From the NCBI GenBank assembly GCA_031420835.1, contig JANONN010000333.1, forward strand, positions 1-36,460: DNA of 36,460 nt. The letters run 5' to 3'. Shown in pieces: positions 32,431-36,460 of this stretch. The notes under the pieces are model-generated. The model saw only the letters and a program-made list of their open reading frames with translations, was not told the DNA's origin and ran no database searches. A program made the translations under genes and the position numbers. Each line of letters opens with the position of its first letter. The first letter of the stretch is position 1. Source of the stretch: Ignavibacteriales bacterium (lineage in GTDB: Bacteria > Bacteroidota > Ignavibacteria > UBA10030).

Positions 32431-32922
32431 ATGAAATCCCTGCACTTTCTCTTTCTCGTTTGTCTCCTCCTTTCGTGCGATGGTGGATTAACTCCGCCCC
32501 CTGCATTTGATCCAGGGTTTGGCGGTACGATCACATTCGAATCATGGCCACCGAGTGATAGTCTCGTCAACGTGTGGCTGTTTGCGTCTCAGATCTATCC
32601 GCTCGATTCTATCAAGATCTTCGAAGGATTGTTTACCACAAGGAAGATCTTTCTCTACCCCGGATTGACCCAAAGTCTGCCGCGCTACGTTGATTCAGTC
32701 GCGTATTCATTTGCACCATTGGAAGTCGGCTATTATCGTTACATTGGCATCATCCAACAGTTTAACATGCAACTCTCTATTCGCAGTTTCCGTGTCGTCG
32801 GAGTGTACAAAAACCCGGCGGACACACTATTGCCGGGGGAGGTCGATGTGCGAGATTTCTCTTTCATGAGCGGAATAAATATCAAAGCGAATTTCAGAAA
32901 CCTTCCGCCTCAACCTTTCTGA
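32431..32922 (+). CDS. small lipoprotein, hypothetical, partner of the downstream TonB receptor
   Basis: Lipobox MKSLHFLFLVCLLLSCDG. The stop lies 2 nt before the receptor ATG. ATG 32431 is preferred to the track start at 32326, which would run through the divergent promoter region. Confidence 0.55.
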   Translation: MKSLHFLFLVCLLLSCDGGLTPPPAFDPGFGGTITFESWPPSDSLVNVWLFASQIYPLDSIKIFEGLFTTRKIFLYPGLTQSLPRYVDSVAYSFAPLEVGYYRYIGIIQQFNMQLSIRSFRVVGVYKNPADTLLPGEVDVRDFSFMSGINIKANFRNLPPQPF

Positions 32923-32924
32923 TA

Positions 32925-35126
32925 ATGAAAAAACGACTTCTTATCATTTGCATTGCCTTGAATGCTGCTATTTGCACGGCGCAGATTACCGGCTCAATCG
33001 TCGGCAAAGTGATTGATGGCGAAACCAAGCACCCACTCTCTGGGGCGAACGTGACAATTCGTGGAACTTTCATCGGAACCGCATCGAACGATGATGGAGA
33101 ATTCCGACTTCTCAGGATTGCTCCGGGCACATACACAGTCGTAGTTTCGATGCTAGGATATCATCGCACGGTGGACGAAGTAAAAGTGAATGCCGGTAAG
33201 GAATCCCGAATTGATGTCACGTTGAAGCCGGCCATTATTCAGACTGAACAAATTGTCATCACTGCCAGTCGAAGAGAACAAAGCCTGCAGGAAGTTCCGG
33301 TGAGTATTTCAACAGTGACAGCCCAAACCTTGGTTGATCGTAATTCGATCACACTCGATGATGCATTGCGGTATGTCCCGGGGGTGAACTTCACCCAGGA
33401 TCAAGTGAACATCCGTGGGTCATCCGGGTACAGTCGGGGCGTAGGAAGCCGCGTGCTGTTATTACTGGATGGAGCGCCATATCTTACGGGGGATACGGGT
33501 GAGATAAGCTGGGAAGTCATTCCCGTGCACCAAATTGAGCGGATCGAAGTCGTGAAAGGGGCAGGCTCAGCACTCTACGGTTCGTCTGCGCTTGGGGGTG
33601 TCATCAATGTCATCACAAAAGAAGCGACTGAGGGAAGTGAGTTTCGCTTCCGGCTGTTCAGCGGCATGTACGACAATCCGCGTTACCCGGAGTGGAAGTG
33701 GTCTTCAAAGAAGCGATTTAACTCAGGGATTCTCGGTACGTATGGAGGTCGATCGGGACCTTTAAGCTACATCCTGAGTGTTGGACGAACGGTTGATGAA
33801 AGCTATCGCGAGAATGATACGTATCATCGTTGGAGTTTCTACTCAAAAACGAAATACGATCTTTCAACGTACCGAAGCATAAGTCTCTCAGCAAACTATC
33901 TGACCAGGACACACGGTAACTTCATCTGGTGGAAGAGTCGAAGAGAGGCGACGCGCCCGGATGATGAACAGCGAAACGGAGAGGTCACTTCGAACCGTGG
34001 GAGTGTCACTGCAACGTACAAAGAGTTTCTCTCCGACAAACTGTTCTACACCGTGCGCGTTCAGTATTTTGGGAACTTCTGGCGGGACGATAGTTTGGGG
34101 AGAGTGAACAATGTGAGCGCTTCCCACTTATTTCATGGAGACGCAGTGGCGACCTATGAGCTTAGCTCGGAGAACTTTCTCACGGCTGGAGGCTCGGCAA
34201 ATTATGACATCGTTCATTCCAATCTCTTCGAAGTTCTCGGGATCAAGAAAGCTGCCCCGAAAGGTGTGGGTCAAGCGTTATACATTCAGGATGAACTTCG
34301 ATTTGGACGTGCCATGCGTTTAACAGTTGGGCTCCGGTACGATAATCAAAAAGTCTCGGCACTTGTGGCAGGCTCGGAAATCAACCCGAAACTTGGCTTC
34401 ACATACAGTCTTGACGATGCAACAACGGTGCGAGCTTCGTATGGGGCAGGGTTTCGGTATCCATCAATCGCAGAAGTTTTCACCGAGACATCGGTGGGGA
34501 TTGCTACAATTCGTCCAAATCTCAACATCCGATCTGAACGAAGCCAATCATACGAAGTTGGCGGCACGCACAGATTCGGTGAGATGGCCTTGCTCGATGC
34601 TGCTCTGTTCCACACTGAATTGGAGAACCTGATCGAGGCTGGCATCTACAGAGATTCGACGGGCTACTTCGTTCAATTCGATAATGTGGTCAAGGCGAGG
34701 ATTGATGGGGGAGAGATGGGGTTGAAAACATATTGGTTCGGTGGAGCAATCTGGACTGATCTCGGCTACACCTATGTTTGGGCGAGAGATCTGATCCGAA
34801 AGATCGCACTGAAGTTTCGGCCGCGCCATCTTCTTCATGTTTCTGTCGGGGCAACTGAAGGCCTATTTCGTACGGCAATTGATTTTCGCTACATCAGTCG
34901 CCCTGAAACAATTGATGAGAACCTTGCTGGTTTTGTCACTCACTATGATGCTCGTGTCCCGATAAAGGTCGTTGATCTGCGTGCCTCGTATGTGCTATCA
35001 GATTTCGGGTTGCCAATGCAAGTCGGACTTAACATCAGAAACCTCCTGAATTACCATTACGTGGAAGTGTCCGGCAATCTTGCGCCCATTCGAACATTTT
35101 TTCTTTCCATCGAAGGGGTTCTGTAA
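32925..35126 (+). CDS. TonB-dependent outer-membrane receptor with CarboxypepD_reg-like domain
   Basis: Signal peptide MKKRLLIICIALNAAICTAQ. GKVIDGETKHPLSGANVTIRGT...DDGEFRLLRIAPGTYTVVVSMLGY. Plug motifs (LDDALRYVPGVN, LLLLDGAP, IERIEVVKGAGSALYGSSALGGVINVITK). Barrel remainder. Confidence 0.85.
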   Translation: MKKRLLIICIALNAAICTAQITGSIVGKVIDGETKHPLSGANVTIRGTFIGTASNDDGEFRLLRIAPGTYTVVVSMLGYHRTVDEVKVNAGKESRIDVTLKPAIIQTEQIVITASRREQSLQEVPVSISTVTAQTLVDRNSITLDDALRYVPGVNFTQDQVNIRGSSGYSRGVGSRVLLLLDGAPYLTGDTGEISWEVIPVHQIERIEVVKGAGSALYGSSALGGVINVITKEATEGSEFRFRLFSGMYDNPRYPEWKWSSKKRFNSGILGTYGGRSGPLSYILSVGRTVDESYRENDTYHRWSFYSKTKYDLSTYRSISLSANYLTRTHGNFIWWKSRREATRPDDEQRNGEVTSNRGSVTATYKEFLSDKLFYTVRVQYFGNFWRDDSLGRVNNVSASHLFHGDAVATYELSSENFLTAGGSANYDIVHSNLFEVLGIKKAAPKGVGQALYIQDELRFGRAMRLTVGLRYDNQKVSALVAGSEINPKLGFTYSLDDATTVRASYGAGFRYPSIAEVFTETSVGIATIRPNLNIRSERSQSYEVGGTHRFGEMALLDAALFHTELENLIEAGIYRDSTGYFVQFDNVVKARIDGGEMGLKTYWFGGAIWTDLGYTYVWARDLIRKIALKFRPRHLLHVSVGATEGLFRTAIDFRYISRPETIDENLAGFVTHYDARVPIKVVDLRASYVLSDFGLPMQVGLNIRNLLNYHYVEVSGNLAPIRTFFLSIEGVL

Positions 35127-35174
35127 GTCACGAAGTGATGCGAGCCTGTGTGAAAAGTCCGAACTCACCCTAAA

Positions 35175-35246
35175 TCCCTCTCTAAGGAAGAGAGGGACTT
35201 ATCGAATCTGCGCTTAATTCTCCCCTTCTCTTCTTAAGAGAAGGGG
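35175..35246. repeat. two adjacent CT/AG-rich perfect hairpins
   Basis: TCCCTCTCT-aagga-AGAGAGGGA (35175-35197) and CCCCTTCTCTT-ctt-AAGAGAAGGGG (35222-35246). Neither is followed by a T run. Confidence 0.6.
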
Positions 35247-35307
35247 CCGGGGGATGAGTTCCGAGGTTTTCAGCAGGCTCGATGCCCTTCGGCACTTGAG
35301 CCTCGCC

Positions 35308-35336
35308 TTGATACAGTCTTGGGATTGGAGTATTTT
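35308..35336 (+). promoter_or_regulatory. sigma70-like promoter TTGATA-17 nt-TATTTT upstream of tatD
   Basis: Hexamers at 35308-35313 and 35331-35336 with an exactly 17-nt spacer, 20 nt upstream of ATG 35357. AGGAAACAG lies in between. Confidence 0.35.
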
Positions 35337-35356
35337 GTCACAGGAAACAGAAGCTT

Positions 35357-36214
35357 ATGTCCCAAAGGGATGGATTCCCACTCATTGACTCTCACGCACA
35401 TTTGTTTGGCGAAGAATTCAAAGAAGACATGGGTGCCGTGCTTCAACGCGCTCGCGACGCAGGCGTGGAGAGAATTGTCGTTCCCGGAACTACGCTTGAA
35501 ACGAGCGGCGAAGCAATCGAGCTTGCAGATAAGTATTCTTTTGTTTACGCTGCAGTCGGTTATCACCCCCATGAAGCATCGAAAGCTTCGGACACGCTTC
35601 TGTCGGAAATCGAACAACTGACCCATCATCCAAAGGTAGTTGCGATTGGAGAAGTGGGGCTTGATTACTACTATGACTTTGCCCCGAAGGAAGTTCAGCA
35701 GAGTGTGTTCAAAGCTCAGATGGAGATCGCTGCTCGCCGTAACTTGCCGTTGATCGTACATACTCGTGATTCGATGGCGGAAGCTATTTCGCTCGTATCA
35801 GGGTTCGTCGAGAAACATCCTTCGTGGTGTAGGAAGCAAGGGAGTGATGGCGCTGGAGCGCGTGGAGTGTTCCATTGTTTTGCGGGAGACGAGGAACAAG
35901 CGCGGCAGTTGTTTGCGCTCGGATTCTACGTTTCGTATCCGGGAATCGTCACGTTCAAGAAGTCGCCAGTTCTAGAAACATTACGGCAGATTGGCCTTGA
36001 TCGACTCTTGATCGAAACAGATTCACCGTATCTTTCACCCGTCCCCTTTCGCGGAAAAAGAAACGAGCCTTCATATCTTCCGCTTATAGCTCAGAAGGTC
36101 GCCGAAGTCCTGGAATTGCCGGTTCAAACTGTTGCAGAAAAAACTACGATGAATGCTGAAATGTTGTTCTCCCTTCAGCCGGCTTCGATTGGCTTACCTG
36201 AGAGAGCGCATTAA
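35357..36214 (+). CDS. tatD: TatD family metal-dependent hydrolase
   Basis: LIDSHAHL, AIGEVGLDYYY, PLIVHTRD, GVFHCFAG, ISYPG-type motif YVSYPGIVTFK, and LLIETDSPYL. Confidence 0.9.
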   Translation: MSQRDGFPLIDSHAHLFGEEFKEDMGAVLQRARDAGVERIVVPGTTLETSGEAIELADKYSFVYAAVGYHPHEASKASDTLLSEIEQLTHHPKVVAIGEVGLDYYYDFAPKEVQQSVFKAQMEIAARRNLPLIVHTRDSMAEAISLVSGFVEKHPSWCRKQGSDGAGARGVFHCFAGDEEQARQLFALGFYVSYPGIVTFKKSPVLETLRQIGLDRLLIETDSPYLSPVPFRGKRNEPSYLPLIAQKVAEVLELPVQTVAEKTTMNAEMLFSLQPASIGLPERAH

Positions 36215-36215
36215 C

Positions 36216-36460
36216 ATGTCAGAACACGCAAGCATATTTGATATTCTGGGACCGATCATGATCGGCCCATCCAGCTCGCACACAGCCGGTGCGAGCCGTA
36301 TTGGATACATTGCCCGACAACTTCTGCGAGACAAACCGAAGAAGGCGTTCATCACTCTCTACAATTCCTTTGCGAAAACACACAAGGGCCATGGCACAGA
36401 CAGGGCAATTGTCGGCGGGATCCTTGGTTTCGGACCGGACGACGAGCGGATCAAGACCTC
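36216..36460 (+). CDS. sdaAB: L-serine ammonia-lyase (iron-sulfur dependent), beta subunit, 3'-truncated by the window edge
   Basis: My translation is MSEHASIFDILGPIMIGPSSSHTAGASRIGYIARQLL...KGHGTDRAIVGGILGF. It matches the SdaAB N-terminus (SVFDIIGPVMIGPSSSHTAGA...KGHGTD). The ORF is absent from the track because it has no stop in the window. Confidence 0.85.
   Translation, partial: MSEHASIFDILGPIMIGPSSSHTAGASRIGYIARQLLRDKPKKAFITLYNSFAKTHKGHGTDRAIVGGILGFGPDDERIKT

Noticed and set aside
35270-35761. 163-aa minus-strand ORF opposite tatD
   Set aside because: It is fully antisense to a confidently identified TatD gene, has no motifs, and would start inside tatD. It is a typical shadow ORF.

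Overview
The window is a 36.5 kb, mostly single-strand stretch of bacterial core chromosome with no rRNA, tRNA, CRISPR array or transposase that I could recognise by eye. The gene content points to an FCB-group organism (Ignavibacteria/Chlorobi-like), which is inference only: CarboxypepD_reg-type TonB receptors, a DUF3108 protein, HprK without a PTS permease, and futalosine-route menaquinone genes. Gene order is as follows. (1) A 5'-truncated hypothetical protein, a TonB-dependent receptor, an S41 C-terminal processing protease, a DUF3108-like protein, a gamma-carbonic-anhydrase-like hexapeptide protein and an MBL-fold hydrolase. (2) A housekeeping run: orphan ORF, ybeY, smg (DUF494), topA, XerC/D recombinase, hpf, hprK, M23 peptidase, DUF2795 protein, BamA/TamA-like protein, holB and metG. 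(3) About 440 nt without a credible ORF, followed by three small exported proteins or lipoproteins. (4) A nearly complete futalosine menaquinone supercluster in two convergent operons. The plus-strand operon is mqnP, ubiX, ubiD-like, an mqnE-mqnA fusion, a TIR-like protein and mqnC. The minus-strand operon is ubiE/menG, mqnD and an amidohydrolase. (5) A lipoprotein plus a second TonB receptor, tatD, and the start of sdaAB. The most interesting object is a 291-aa protein at 27657-28532. It has a helical N-domain, a Pro/Ala-rich linker and a divergent CAP12/Pycsar-type TIR-like domain (PF10137-like). It is translationally coupled between the mqnE-mqnA fusion and mqnC, which is the position of the one pathway step missing from the cluster: N-glycosidic cleavage of (amino)futalosine, normally done by MqnB or MTAN. 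Secondary observations are a promoter-to-terminator unit upstream of the ybeY operon (candidate sRNA or attenuator), a structured ORF-free region after metG, clusters of perfect hairpins in two intergenic regions, and a recurrent TTGnnn-17-TAT(A/T)TT promoter pattern. All family assignments come from motif recognition by eye. No database search was run.
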